Positions 26,584-37,133 of a DNA stretch of 43,523 nt are shown piece after piece. The DNA comes from Planctomycetota bacterium (lineage in GTDB: Bacteria; Planctomycetota; UBA11346). The stretch lies in contig JBBRLJ010000043.1 of assembly GCA_038231435.1 (NCBI GenBank), positions 1 through 43,523 of the forward strand. Reading direction: 5' to 3'. The notes under the pieces are model-generated. The model made no database searches, had not been told where the DNA came from, and saw nothing but the letters and a program-made list of their open reading frames with translations. Within the stretch, counting starts at the first letter, position 1. The number at the start of each line of letters is the position of its first letter. Position numbers and translations under genes: made by a program.

Positions 26584-28946
26584 TCGCTCGCCGGTCCTTT
26601 CCAGACGCTGCCGCCGAACGTCGTCACGTAGATGACGTCGTCGTCCTTGGGGTCGACGGTGACGCGTTGGACATTGCTGAATGGCAGCCCGGTCATCGCC
26701 GTCCAGGTCGCGCCATCGTCCTTGCTCAGCCACAGGCCAGAGCCCGGCGCGCCCTCGCAGAGGGTCATATAGATCCAGCCCGCGCGATGCGGATGGAGGT
26801 ACGCGCCGAAGTGCTCGCTCCCCTGCCGGGCGAGCTTCGTCCACGTGGCACCGCCATCCTTGGTGCGGTAGAGGCCCGCGGTCTGCGCGCCGCTGGTGTC
26901 GCACGCGCCAAGATAGATCACCTTGCTGTCCTTGGGATCGACGGTGACGTCCTTGGGCCACAGCGAGACGTTCGAGCCCTTCACCAGATCCCAATGTCCG
27001 CCTTGATCCATGGAACGGTACAGGCCAGGGCCGTCGGCGAGGAACTTCTTGTCCTTGCGCATCGCGGTCACCAGCACGAAGAGCGTGCCGTCGGCATGCA
27101 GCTGGAGTCTGACCACGCGCAGATCCGCATCCGAGCCCACGCCGGTGCTACGAAGCACCCAATGCTTCCCGTCGTCCTCGGAGCGGTACACGCCGTGTCC
27201 GAAGACGCTCGCGAACAACGTACGCTTGCCCTTGGGGCTCTTCGGGTCGAGCACCAGCGAGGTCACGGGCGCCTTGGGCAGGCCATCGCTCGCGGTCGTC
27301 CAGGTGGCGGCATGGTCGCCGCTCACGCAGACTCCACCCTCGCCCTTGTCACCGTGGTTGCCCCAGATGATGTTGCCGTTGGGGATGTCGTGGATGTTCG
27401 AGAACGCGCCCCAGACCTTGCCGGGGATCTCGGGGTCGAAGGCCAGTTCGTAGCAGGTGTTCTGCCAGGGCGCGCGGCCCTCGAGCCCCCACCAGCGCCA
27501 GGTCTCGCCGGCATCGAGCGAGCGCGCGAAGCCGATGTCGGTGTAGCAGATGTAGCGCAGCTTCGCATCGAACGGGTCGACGTAATGGTTCCAGGTGGTG
27601 GTCACCACCAAGCCATTGCACAGCCAATCGAGCGGCGCGCCCTTCGCCTGGCCAGGCGCGGGACGGGTGTGGCCGCACGACCACGTCTTGCCGCCATCCC
27701 TGGTGATGTGGCAGCGCCCGCCATCGACCTGCATGACGTGGTCCGGATCGCGCGCATCGATGGCCACGCCGCAGGGCACGTCCTGGTAGAACTGCTTCAC
27801 CGTAGTGGTGGTGTAGTCGGGCTCCACGTTCGCTCCTGGCCAGCGCGGATCGGGGAAGAATGTCGGCTTCCAGCTCTTGCCCGCGTCGTCTGATCGGAAC
27901 GCCGCGGTCTGGTGCGGCGGGGCGATACCAGTATTGGCATTGAAGGCGTAGACGGTGGCGGGCTTGGCGTCGGTCGTGACCACCTGGTGGTATTGCGCGA
28001 CCTCGCCCATCGCCCACTGGTCGGCGGCCTTGATGTCGAGATTGAGTCCGGCGCCCATCGCCGATTGCCAGGAGTCGCCACCGTCGGCCGAACGGAAGAT
28101 CCCGCCAGTCAGCTTGCCCCCCTCCACCTTGCTGGGGATGGTGCAGTAGAGCACCGTGTCAGTGGCTTTCGCCGGAGTTCCACCCGTGAACGAGCGCAGC
28201 TCGCGCCACGGGAGGCCGGCTGATTTCTCGAGCCAGGTATCGCCGCCGTCATCCGAACGCCAGACGCCTTCGGTGGTCGCCGCGAACCAGGGCCGGTGAT
28301 GTTTGGCCTGGTCGTCGCCAGACGATGATGCCGACGGCACCGCGGGCGGCAGATGGAAGCCGACGCATGGCCCGTGCGGACCCTTGCACGCCGTCCAGGT
28401 CGCGCAGCCATCGATTGAGCGCCAGACGTCGGTGGTGGTGCCGGCGAGCATGCACTCCGGTTTGCCCGTCTGGATGCCGATCTCGCCGCGCAGTTCGCCG
28501 ACGATGTTTCCGCTCGGCTTCCAGGTCCTCCCGCCATCGTGCGTGACCATGAGCGCACCGTTCCAGCCGCCGGCGGCGAAGATGGTCTGGGGATCCTTCG
28601 GGTGGAACGCCGGACGGCATTGGGTGTTCCCGCGCAGCTGCGCGTGGTCGATCATGCGCCAGGTCAGGCCGCCATCGGCGGTCAGGTACGCGCCGCTCAT
28701 GTCGCAGTTGATCATCATCGTATTGCCGTCGATGGGGCTGATCGCCGGAGCGAACATCGCGCCCCCGCCAGAAAGCCCGAGCGGCTTCCACGCGGCGCCC
28801 GCGCGTTGGGCTCCACTGGCCGACTCCGCTGCTGCTTTCTCTGCAGCATCCGCGGAGATGAGCATCGCGGACGCCATCAGCGGCAGCAGCATCAACATCA
28901 CGGTGCCGAAGATGCTGCCGGCCGACCTGGAGAAGGGCTCGTTCAT
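26580..28946 (-). CDS. Secreted BNR/Asp-box beta-propeller protein (GH74/sialidase-like)
   Basis: Many SxDGGxTW repeats; N-terminal GLSGGG and CDMSGAY; signal peptide after MNEPF. Confidence 0.8.
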   Translation of the reverse strand: MNEPFSRSAGSIFGTVMLMLLPLMASAMLISADAAEKAAAESASGAQRAGAAWKPLGLSGGGAMFAPAISPIDGNTMMINCDMSGAYLTADGGLTWRMIDHAQLRGNTQCRPAFHPKDPQTIFAAGGWNGALMVTHDGGRTWKPSGNIVGELRGEIGIQTGKPECMLAGTTTDVWRSIDGCATWTACKGPHGPCVGFHLPPAVPSASSSGDDQAKHHRPWFAATTEGVWRSDDGGDTWLEKSAGLPWRELRSFTGGTPAKATDTVLYCTIPSKVEGGKLTGGIFRSADGGDSWQSAMGAGLNLDIKAADQWAMGEVAQYHQVVTTDAKPATVYAFNANTGIAPPHQTAAFRSDDAGKSWKPTFFPDPRWPGANVEPDYTTTTVKQFYQDVPCGVAIDARDPDHVMQVDGGRCHITRDGGKTWSCGHTRPAPGQAKGAPLDWLCNGLVVTTTWNHYVDPFDAKLRYICYTDIGFARSLDAGETWRWWGLEGRAPWQNTCYELAFDPEIPGKVWGAFSNIHDIPNGNIIWGNHGDKGEGGVCVSGDHAATWTTASDGLPKAPVTSLVLDPKSPKGKRTLFASVFGHGVYRSEDDGKHWVLRSTGVGSDADLRVVRLQLHADGTLFVLVTAMRKDKKFLADGPGLYRSMDQGGHWDLVKGSNVSLWPKDVTVDPKDSKVIYLGACDTSGAQTAGLYRTKDGGATWTKLARQGSEHFGAYLHPHRAGWIYMTLCEGAPGSGLWLSKDDGATWTAMTGLPFSNVQRVTVDPKDDDVIYVTTFGGSVWKGPASE

Positions 28947-28981
28947 GCGCCGGATCCTGGCGCGCTGCGGCCGCGGGGAAT

Positions 28982-31672
28982 CTAATTCGTCGTCATGGGT
29001 CGGTCGGATGCGCCATCCGACGCTGGCCCCGAGCCGACCGCTTGCCCAGCGCTCTCGCCGTGCCGCCCGCCCACCGCGATCGCTGGCGCTCTCCAGGCTG
29101 GAGACGACCGCCGATGGCGGGCGATGGCGCGATGCGACAAGAGGCTGGTCCAGCCGCCTCCGATCAGGATGGACAGGTTCGCGAGGATGCGCGGCACGGC
29201 GAGTCCTCCTGGGCAGGCGAGGTAGCGCGGTTCCCACGCCGGAGCGAACTTCTCCTTATATTCGCGCAAGCCGCGGAAGTTGTAGAATTGCTCGCCATGA
29301 TGGAACAGCATAGCGCCGACCCGGTTCCAGATCGGGGCGTGCGGACGGTTCTCGAGTCCCGACAGCGGCGCCATTCCCAGGCTGAACCGGCGGTAGCCCT
29401 GGGCCCGTCCCCAGCTCATCAGTTCGACGAGCAGGAAATCCATCGCTCCCCTCGGCGCATCGCTGGTGAATCGCATGAGATCGAACGATAGTTCGTGTCC
29501 GGTGCCACCAGCCCAGACATTCGCGAATGCGACCACCCGGCCCCCGCGCCGGACCAGGGCGATCGGCGTGCGGCGCAGATAGTCCTCGGCGAACCAGCCG
29601 AGCGAGAATCTCTTCTCGGCTGAGACCTTGTCGCGCAGCCAATCCTCCGAGACGCGGCGCAGCTCCGGCAGCAGCTCGTCTACGGCCGAGGTTGGCGCGA
29701 GCGCGAACTCGCAACCCTCCTTGACCGCGCGTTGATACGACCGGCGCAGATCCTTGCGGCAGGCGGCGATGGAGAACGCCGACAGATCCACGATCGCCTC
29801 CTCGCCGAGCTTGTGCAGGCTGAGGCCGAGATCGAGATACAGCGGCAGGCTCTCGCGGGTGATCTGGTAGAAGACCGGCCAACCGCCGTGGTCGGCGCAG
29901 CGCGTGCAGAATCGCCAGGCGAGATCCTCGCGCTCACGTACCCCTCCGATCGGGTCGCCCATCGAGATCCAGCTACGCCCCTCGATGGCGAACATGACGA
30001 ACGCCGTTCCCTGATCATCGAACATCAACGCCTTGTCGCCCAGGAGCGCCAGGTTACCCAGCGTGTCGGGAATCGTCCCGAGCAGCGCGCGGGCGCGCTC
30101 GATCTCGGCGTCGCACGCGGCGTCTTGTCGCGGCATCTCGGGCCGCAGCAGCCGCCACAGCGAGAAGAGCAGCAGCAGCACCGAGATTCCCACCGCGGCA
30201 CGCAGCGAACGCGGCGCGTCGCCAGAAAAAGCCACCTGCCACCACTTCTCGCCCGAGAGATCCACATGCTCGTAGCAGAACGAGGTCAGCCAGAAGGACG
30301 AGAGCAGCACGGTGACGATCGCCACGATCCAGCGCGTGGTGAAGCGCGGGCTGGTCAGCGCCGCCGCGCGACGGAACAGCGACCGGAAGGGCAGCATCGC
30401 GGCCGCGAGCGCGAGCAGGAGCAGAGCCTCCTCGTAGTCGAAACCCTTGAGCAGCGACAGCAGCGCGCTTCCGACGAGGATGGCCCAGGTCGCCGCGTAC
30501 GCAGCGCGCAAGCGCAGCTGCAACCCCCGCGCGAGCAGCAGGAGCAGCATCCCAGCGATCGAGGCGAGGAAGTGGGACGCCTCTACCACCGCCAGGGGCA
30601 CTAGGCGCGACAGCTTCAGCAGGCGTTCGTCTATCGCTGGCGTGGCTCCCGAGAAGATCAGCACCGTCCCGCCCACGAAGACCAGCACCGCGAACACGTG
30701 CGGCACCAATGGCCGCAGCAGGCGTCCGATCGCCGCGGCGGCGCGCCCGACCTTGCCACGATGGCGCAGCACCTCAAGTCCGCACAAGGTGCTCGCGGCG
30801 GCGCCGAATGGCAGCAGGTAGTACATCACCCGGTACGCTATCAGGGCGCCTGCCAAGGCGGGCTTGGGCACCTGGTCGCCGAGCAGCATGAGCAGGGTCG
30901 CCTCGAGCACGCCGAGCCCTCCTGGCACCTGGCTGACCGCTCCCGCCACCTGCGCGAGCATGAAATATCCGATGAATTTCGGGAAGCCGATGGACAGACC
31001 GCTCGGCAGCAGCGCATACACCACCCCGGAAACGAGCAGCCAATCCGCGCAGCCGACTCCCAGGAGCACCAGGGCCCATCCCGCCGGAGGCCGTGGAAAC
31101 GACCTGCGCCCGACGCGGACCGGCCGCCGCCGCGCGAGCAACGCCAGCATGCCTGCCGCGACCAGCCCCAACGCGACCACGCCGAACGCTCCGGCTCCGA
31201 ACGGCAGTCTCCACCACTCCGGCAGCGCCGGCGGCGAGATCACGAAGGCGCAGCCGCCGATGACGAGGAAACCCGACCAAAATGCTACGATGCCGCTGAC
31301 GGTGACCGCGGCGATGTCCACCGACGCCAGGCCCCAGGCCGAATACAGGCGGTAGCGCACCGATCCGCCGGACAACGCCGCATAACCGATGTTGTGGCTG
31401 AATGCGAAGGCGATGAATGCGGTGACGGCGGTCTTGCCATAGGCCAAGCTCCGGCCGACGATGCGCAGCGCGACTGCGTCGTAGGCGGTGAGCATCAGGT
31501 AGTCAGCCACCACCAATGCGCCTGCCAGCGCCAACATCCGCGCCGGTATCGCGCGCAGGTCCGCGACCAGCTCGTGGTAATGGTATTGCGCCAGCACGTG
31601 CTTGAGCACGACCAGCGCGAGCGCGAAGACCAGTACCCCGATGAACGGCAGCAGGCGTGACCAGCGCATCAC
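28982..31672 (-). CDS. mprF: Bifunctional lysylphosphatidylglycerol flippase/synthetase
   Basis: N-terminal multi-TM flippase (VPGGLGVLE); C-terminal synthase with MGDPIG, KLGEEA, DLMR, FSLGMAPLSG, FYNFRGLREYKEKF.P.WEPRYL. Confidence 0.95.
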   Translation of the reverse strand: MMRWSRLLPFIGVLVFALALVVLKHVLAQYHYHELVADLRAIPARMLALAGALVVADYLMLTAYDAVALRIVGRSLAYGKTAVTAFIAFAFSHNIGYAALSGGSVRYRLYSAWGLASVDIAAVTVSGIVAFWSGFLVIGGCAFVISPPALPEWWRLPFGAGAFGVVALGLVAAGMLALLARRRPVRVGRRSFPRPPAGWALVLLGVGCADWLLVSGVVYALLPSGLSIGFPKFIGYFMLAQVAGAVSQVPGGLGVLEATLLMLLGDQVPKPALAGALIAYRVMYYLLPFGAAASTLCGLEVLRHRGKVGRAAAAIGRLLRPLVPHVFAVLVFVGGTVLIFSGATPAIDERLLKLSRLVPLAVVEASHFLASIAGMLLLLLARGLQLRLRAAYAATWAILVGSALLSLLKGFDYEEALLLLALAAAMLPFRSLFRRAAALTSPRFTTRWIVAIVTVLLSSFWLTSFCYEHVDLSGEKWWQVAFSGDAPRSLRAAVGISVLLLLFSLWRLLRPEMPRQDAACDAEIERARALLGTIPDTLGNLALLGDKALMFDDQGTAFVMFAIEGRSWISMGDPIGGVREREDLAWRFCTRCADHGGWPVFYQITRESLPLYLDLGLSLHKLGEEAIVDLSAFSIAACRKDLRRSYQRAVKEGCEFALAPTSAVDELLPELRRVSEDWLRDKVSAEKRFSLGWFAEDYLRRTPIALVRRGGRVVAFANVWAGGTGHELSFDLMRFTSDAPRGAMDFLLVELMSWGRAQGYRRFSLGMAPLSGLENRPHAPIWNRVGAMLFHHGEQFYNFRGLREYKEKFAPAWEPRYLACPGGLAVPRILANLSILIGGGWTSLLSHRAIARHRRSSPAWRAPAIAVGGRHGESAGQAVGSGPASDGASDRPMTTN

Positions 31673-32340
31673 GCTGCTTCCTTGGGCGCGGGCTCGGGCG
31701 ACGCGGCGGAACCCATCATCCGCCTTGCCATGAACCCCAGCGCGATGGCGATGACATGATCGAGGTCACCGCTGAGCGCGCCGATATCGCGGAGGTGGCA
31801 ATGCCAGGCGACGTTGCCGCCCGTCATCGCGACGATGCCGAACAGCAGTAGCCAGCGCCAGGCGCGGGGCAATTCACCGAGCAGCATGCCGAAGCAGCCA
31901 TAACAGCCGGCCGATGGACCGAGATCGTAGGATCGATCGAGCGACACCGCCCAATCGGCGCCGGCGAGCACGAACGGCAGGATCACCAGTGATCCGATGA
32001 GCAAGGTGGCGATGTGCGTGAATGCGAAGGCGACCGCGACGCGCCTGGCGCCATGGCGCACCTCATAGGTTCCGCACGACGCGGCGATCAGGAACTGCAC
32101 TTTCCAAAAGTTGATTCCGCCGGTGATGAAGAACGCCGACGTCAGGATCCGGTGCCAGGCTCCGGTGCGCAGGTCGACCGGCGCGAATCCGAAGCGTTGA
32201 AGGATCCACGGATCCACACGTTCCCAGACTGCGCCAGTAGCGATGCCGGTGCTCAGCAGGGCGACGGCCAAGGCAATGGTGAACAGCGGGCGGTACATCA
32301 CAGCGACCTGGCGTATCGTAATCACGATGCGCTTGGCCAT
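31669..32340 (-). CDS. Rhomboid-like membrane protein
   Basis: WHRILTSAF, DLGPSAG (GxSxG) and a C-terminal His; overlaps the mprF start. Confidence 0.6.
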   Translation of the reverse strand: MAKRIVITIRQVAVMYRPLFTIALAVALLSTGIATGAVWERVDPWILQRFGFAPVDLRTGAWHRILTSAFFITGGINFWKVQFLIAASCGTYEVRHGARRVAVAFAFTHIATLLIGSLVILPFVLAGADWAVSLDRSYDLGPSAGCYGCFGMLLGELPRAWRWLLLFGIVAMTGGNVAWHCHLRDIGALSGDLDHVIAIALGFMARRMMGSAASPEPAPKEAA

Positions 32341-32457
32341 CTACCGCGGCGATGGTTCCCCTCTACATACAGTACCGTAGTCCGTGCACATTCCGTGATC
32401 CGTGCGGATCAGATGCGCTCTCGCAGTCCCCGTCGAGGACTAAAGTTTGCGTGGATC

Positions 32458-32784
32458 TCAGCCATTGCGGCGGTTGTGCAGCAACGCCTCGAGTTCGGCG
32501 TTCTTCTTGCGCAGATGCTGGATCGCGCGTTGGAGGAATTTCGGAGCGAGTTCGACCGAGCACAGCTCGTAGAACTTCTCGAGATCCCCTTCCTTGAGAC
32601 CGAGAGCCTTGGCCCACTCGTCGACGCGCTGGATCGGCAGGGATTTCTTGTGGTTGAGCACATTGGAAACGAATGAATTTCCCGAGTAGCCCAGTCTCGC
32701 GGACAGCTCGCGGATGGTGATCTTGCGGGTAGCCATCTGCTTGCGAATAAATGTGGCCAGGCGTTCCATTGCTTCAGGTCCCAT
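32458..32784 (-). CDS. XRE-family HTH protein
   Basis: ITIRELSARLGYSGNSFVSNVLNHKKSLP HTH followed by a short coiled coil. Confidence 0.75.
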   Translation of the reverse strand: MGPEAMERLATFIRKQMATRKITIRELSARLGYSGNSFVSNVLNHKKSLPIQRVDEWAKALGLKEGDLEKFYELCSVELAPKFLQRAIQHLRKKNAELEALLHNRRNG

Positions 32785-33228
32785 AGCCAGAGAGCCCACA
32801 GGTGATACGCCAAACGGGTTGCGACGCACCGGGAGCGCCCTGACGAGCCGCGAAGGGGAGCCGATGAGCCTCGGATGAGTGCCTGGATCTCAGTGGAACC
32901 TCATATCTCAACCCAGTTTAAGGTTCCCCTACGTAGGATAGAACAACTACCGGTGAGCCTCGGGCACCGTTGTTGAACCTTATGATGTAAGTGGGTACAT
33001 GCCTTGTGCTTATTGAACGAAGTTCAATCACGAGTTGGCAAGGAGGAGCGCTCTCCGTCGGGATAAAGTTAACTTCCAGGATAAATCCTTGGGACGACAT
33101 GGGCTGCCGCTGCGTCAGGGATTCGGCTTCACGTGCCCTTGCGATAATTCTCCAAGAACTAAGGGCATTTATGAGGCGAATTCGATCGCTCACTGTCCCA
33201 GCGGCGCGGACGTCATCCCTGGCGATGC

Positions 33229-34698
33229 ATGGGGAAACTTGCGAAGCCGCTTGCGCTTCCAGACTCCTCCCTGCCGAGAGGGATGATGGCCACGTTGTGG
33301 CGCAGCGAGCCATTGCCGAGCGACATCCGCCGAGGGATGAGGATTTCGCTCCTCGAAGCCGCGGTCGTTGGCGCGATGTTCGCAGCGACCGAGACCTGGC
33401 TGGTGCCCCTGCTCGTGCAGCGCCTCGGCGCGGCCGCGCATGTGATCGGGCTGCTGACCATCATACCGCAGCTCGGGGTGATCACCCTGGGAGCGGTCGC
33501 GCATCCGGTGATCCTCTTCCTGGGCGGCAACCGCCGCACCGTGCTGCTCGCCAGCGCCTTCCAAGTGCTGCTGCTGGTCGGATTGATCGTGCCGGTGTGC
33601 TACCCGGAACGTCCCTGGGCGACCGACATGGCGTTGTGGCTGTCGATCTCGATGGGGCTCTCGGGCGCGATCGGCGGGCCGGCGTGGACGGCGTGGATGG
33701 GCGATCTGATCCCGCGTTCGATGCTCGGCCGCTACCTGGGCTGGCGTTGGCGAATCTTCCTGCCCGCGAAGCTGGTGATCGGTTTCCTCTTCGCGATCGC
33801 GATCAAGGAATGGCCCGCGGATCACGAGCCGTGGGGCCTGGTGCTGGTGTTCGCGTCCGCCGCGCTGGCACGAGCCATCAGTACCTGGCTGGTGTCGCGC
33901 CAGCCGATGCCGCCTACGCGGCGGATCGTGCGCGGATCGGAGTCGGACAAGCGTTCATCGACGGATGTGACGCTGCTCCACTTCCTGCGCACCCTGTCGC
34001 GCACCGACATCGGGCGGTGGACCATGGTCTGGTCGGCGCTGCTGATCGGGGTGCTCATGGCTGGGCCGTTCTTTTCGGTCTATATGCTCAAGCCGATCGA
34101 CGAGGGCGGTCTCGGGCTCGATCCGCGCACCTATTGGTGGATGATCAACGTCTCCACCATCTCGCGCTTCGCCGTGGTCGCGCTGGTGGGGAGGCTGGTC
34201 GATCTCTGCGGTGCCGCCGCGGTGCTGCGCGTCGCGGTGGTGGGCATCACCGTCATTCCCGCCGCCTGGATCTGCACCACCGATCTGCGCTGGCTGATCC
34301 TGACCGAGGTCGCCAGCGGCTGCGCATGGACGGCGGCCGAATGCAGCGTCGGCGTGCTGCTGTTCTCGTGCAACCGCGACCCCCTCCAGCGCGTACGGCT
34401 GATCGGTTTCCACCAGGTGGTAGCGGGATGCGCGATGGTGCTGGGCAGCACCATCGGCACCGAACTGCTGCGACTCGACGCGTTGCCGCATTTCGAGGGC
34501 AGCCCGTTCCGCGCGCTGTTCCTGCTGAGCATGGCGATGCGCGTGCCGTCGGTGGTCCTCGCCTTGACTCTGCTGCCGCGCCTGCGCGACCTCGATCCTG
34601 CGGAAACCGCGGGCTTGTGGCGGATGATCCCGGGCGCCGGGGTGACTATGACCATCGGCCGCGGGCTCCTCGGAGCCTTCAGACGCCCCGAGGGCTGA
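33229..34698 (+). CDS. MFS transporter
   Basis: About 12 TM helices; AWTAWMGDLIP...GRYLG and GRLVDLCG motifs. Confidence 0.85.
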   Translation: MGKLAKPLALPDSSLPRGMMATLWRSEPLPSDIRRGMRISLLEAAVVGAMFAATETWLVPLLVQRLGAAAHVIGLLTIIPQLGVITLGAVAHPVILFLGGNRRTVLLASAFQVLLLVGLIVPVCYPERPWATDMALWLSISMGLSGAIGGPAWTAWMGDLIPRSMLGRYLGWRWRIFLPAKLVIGFLFAIAIKEWPADHEPWGLVLVFASAALARAISTWLVSRQPMPPTRRIVRGSESDKRSSTDVTLLHFLRTLSRTDIGRWTMVWSALLIGVLMAGPFFSVYMLKPIDEGGLGLDPRTYWWMINVSTISRFAVVALVGRLVDLCGAAAVLRVAVVGITVIPAAWICTTDLRWLILTEVASGCAWTAAECSVGVLLFSCNRDPLQRVRLIGFHQVVAGCAMVLGSTIGTELLRLDALPHFEGSPFRALFLLSMAMRVPSVVLALTLLPRLRDLDPAETAGLWRMIPGAGVTMTIGRGLLGAFRRPEG

Positions 34699-34792
34699 CC
34701 GGCTTCCGGGCGATGATGACGCTGCTGGTCGCACGAGCCAGCCGAGCGGGCTTTCCCGATCCCGCCTGAGCGCTACCGTCACAGCCACGACC

Positions 34793-35971
34793 ATGACCAG
34801 CAGCGACCGATCCCAGCGCGACGAGCCATCCCCAGCCAGCGCATTGCGCCACCTGCGCGCTGATGTGAAGGCCATGAAGGGCTACACGCCTGGCGAACAG
34901 GTGCGCGACTGCGTCAAGCTCAACACCAATGAATGCCCGTGGGGCCCTTCGCCCGCGGTGATGTCCACGATGGCCTCGCTCGCGACCGCGAGCGGCGAGG
35001 AGTCATTGCGCCTCTATCCCGATCCGGTCAGCCTGCGGCTGCGCGAGGCAGCCGCGTCGCTCTATCATGTCGGGCCCGATCAGGTGCTCGCCGGCAACGG
35101 TTCCGACGACTGCCTGACCATCATCTACCGCGCGTTCCTCCGTCCAGGCGAGCGCATCGCCTGCCCATGGCCCACCTATGGGCTGTACGACACCCTCGCC
35201 ACCCTGCAGGGCGCCGAGATCGTCCACGTGGACTACCTGGTGCCTTCTGCTGGAAACCCTCCCACAAGCCAGGCCGGCGCCCAGGGCGGATGGAAGCTGC
35301 CCTCGTCGCTCGCGAAGCAGGCGGCCAAGCTGGTGGTGGTCGCGAATCCCAACAATCCGTCGGCGACGCTCGTCCCGGTCGCGCAGCTGCGGCAGCTGGC
35401 GTACGAACTCGACGGCATCCTGGTGGTGGACGAGGCCTATGTCGATTTCGCCGCCACATCCGCTGGCGGCGAGGGCGCCAGCATCCTGCCGTATCTCGAC
35501 GAGCACCCGAACCTGATCGTGCTGCGGACCTTCTCGAAGAGCTACAGCCTCGCCGGGGCGCGCCTCGGCCTGCTGTTCGCGCATCCCGATCTGGTGGCGC
35601 AGCTGGTCAAGGTGAAGGACAGCTACAATGTCAACGTCCTCACCCAGGCGCTGGGCACGGCAGCCTTGAACGATCGCGATCACCACCGCGAGCTGGTGCG
35701 GCGCACGCTCGCCGAGCGCGATCGCCTCGAGCGCGAGCTGCGTGCGTTCGGTTGGACCTGGCCCGCCTCCGCGGCCAACTTCCTGCTCTGCGAGGTCGGG
35801 CCACGCGCGAAGGACATCTACCTCGCGCTCAAGGCCAAAGGGGTGCTGGTGCGCTGGTGGGATACCCCGGCCCTGTCATCCAAGCTGCGCATCACCGTGG
35901 GTCGTCCGGAATGGACCGATCGCCTGCTAGCCGAGCTGCGGCCGCTGATCGCGTCGGGAAGATCGCCGTGA
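34793..35971 (+). CDS. hisC: Histidinol-phosphate aminotransferase
   Basis: KLNTNECP, GNGSDD, NPNNPS, VDEAY, RTFSKSYSLAGARLG. Confidence 0.93.
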   Translation: MTSSDRSQRDEPSPASALRHLRADVKAMKGYTPGEQVRDCVKLNTNECPWGPSPAVMSTMASLATASGEESLRLYPDPVSLRLREAAASLYHVGPDQVLAGNGSDDCLTIIYRAFLRPGERIACPWPTYGLYDTLATLQGAEIVHVDYLVPSAGNPPTSQAGAQGGWKLPSSLAKQAAKLVVVANPNNPSATLVPVAQLRQLAYELDGILVVDEAYVDFAATSAGGEGASILPYLDEHPNLIVLRTFSKSYSLAGARLGLLFAHPDLVAQLVKVKDSYNVNVLTQALGTAALNDRDHHRELVRRTLAERDRLERELRAFGWTWPASAANFLLCEVGPRAKDIYLALKAKGVLVRWWDTPALSSKLRITVGRPEWTDRLLAELRPLIASGRSP

Positions 35972-37131
35972 CCACGCATACCGCGTCGAACGCGCACCGC
36001 TCCCGCGCGCTCACCATCCTCGGCTCGACCGGTTCGATCGGCATCAGCACGCTGGCGGTGGCCAAGGATCTGGGCATCCCCGTCCACGCGGTGACCGCCA
36101 ACAGCAAGGTCGACGAGCTCGCGCGCCAGGCGATCGCCTGCGGTGCGCGCGTGGCGGTGGTCGGCGATCCTGCCGGCTATCAACGCCTCAAGGCCGCGCT
36201 GTCGGGCAGCGGCGTGCGCGCCGAGGCCGGCGCCGAAGCGCTGTGCGCGGTGGCGGCAGCACCGGAAGCAGGCGCGGTCATGACCGCGATCGTCGGCGCC
36301 GCCGGGCTGCCCGCGACGCTGGCGGCGATCCGCGCGGGCAAACGCGTATGCGTCGCCAACAAGGAGCCACTGGTGATGGCGGGCGGGCTGATCATGTCCG
36401 AGGCGGACCGCTGCGGCGCCACCATCCTGCCCGTCGACAGCGAGCACTCGGCTATCTTCCAATGCCTCGAGGGGCACGGGCCCGACGAGGTCGAGCGACT
36501 GGTGCTGACGGCATCCGGCGGTCCGTTCCGCACCGTGCGCGACCTGTCGGCGGTCACCCGCGAGCAGGCCCTCAACCATCCCACCTGGACGATGGGCCCG
36601 AAGATCACCATCGATTCAGCGACGCTGATGAACAAGAGCCTCGAGATCATCGAGGCGCACTGGCTCTTCCGCGTCCCCGCCGAGCGCATCGCCCTGCTCA
36701 TCCATCCCCAGAGCGTGGTGCACAGCATGGTCGCCTACCGCGACGGCTCGGTGATGGCCCAGCTCGGGCGGCCGGACATGCGGGTGCCGATCCAGTACGC
36801 GCTCACCTGGCCCCGGCACGAGCCCGGCGCGGTGGCCGCCCCCGACCTCGCGGCGCTGGGCGCTCTCACCTTCGAACAGCCGGATGCGGCGCGCTTCCCG
36901 TCGATCGCCATGGGGTATGGCGCCGCCCGCGCCGGCGGCCTTGCGCCAACGGTCATGAACGCCGCTAACGAGATGGCGGTCGCGGCTTTCCTCGCTGGCA
37001 AGTCGACCTTCATCGACATCTTCCGTACCGTCGAGCGCGCGCTGTCGACGGTGACCCAGGTCGCGATGCCCAGCTTGGACGACATCCTCGCGGCCGACGC
37101 GGATGTGCGTTCGCGGCTCGCGGTGCCCTGA
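35968..37131 (+). CDS. dxr: 1-deoxy-D-xylulose-5-phosphate reductoisomerase
   Basis: ILGSTGSIG, ANKE, PVDSEHSAIFQ, HPTWTMGPKITIDSATLMNK; GTG start overlaps the hisC stop. Confidence 0.97.
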   Translation: MTTHTASNAHRSRALTILGSTGSIGISTLAVAKDLGIPVHAVTANSKVDELARQAIACGARVAVVGDPAGYQRLKAALSGSGVRAEAGAEALCAVAAAPEAGAVMTAIVGAAGLPATLAAIRAGKRVCVANKEPLVMAGGLIMSEADRCGATILPVDSEHSAIFQCLEGHGPDEVERLVLTASGGPFRTVRDLSAVTREQALNHPTWTMGPKITIDSATLMNKSLEIIEAHWLFRVPAERIALLIHPQSVVHSMVAYRDGSVMAQLGRPDMRVPIQYALTWPRHEPGAVAAPDLAALGALTFEQPDAARFPSIAMGYGAARAGGLAPTVMNAANEMAVAAFLAGKSTFIDIFRTVERALSTVTQVAMPSLDDILAADADVRSRLAVP

Positions 37132-37133
37132 TC

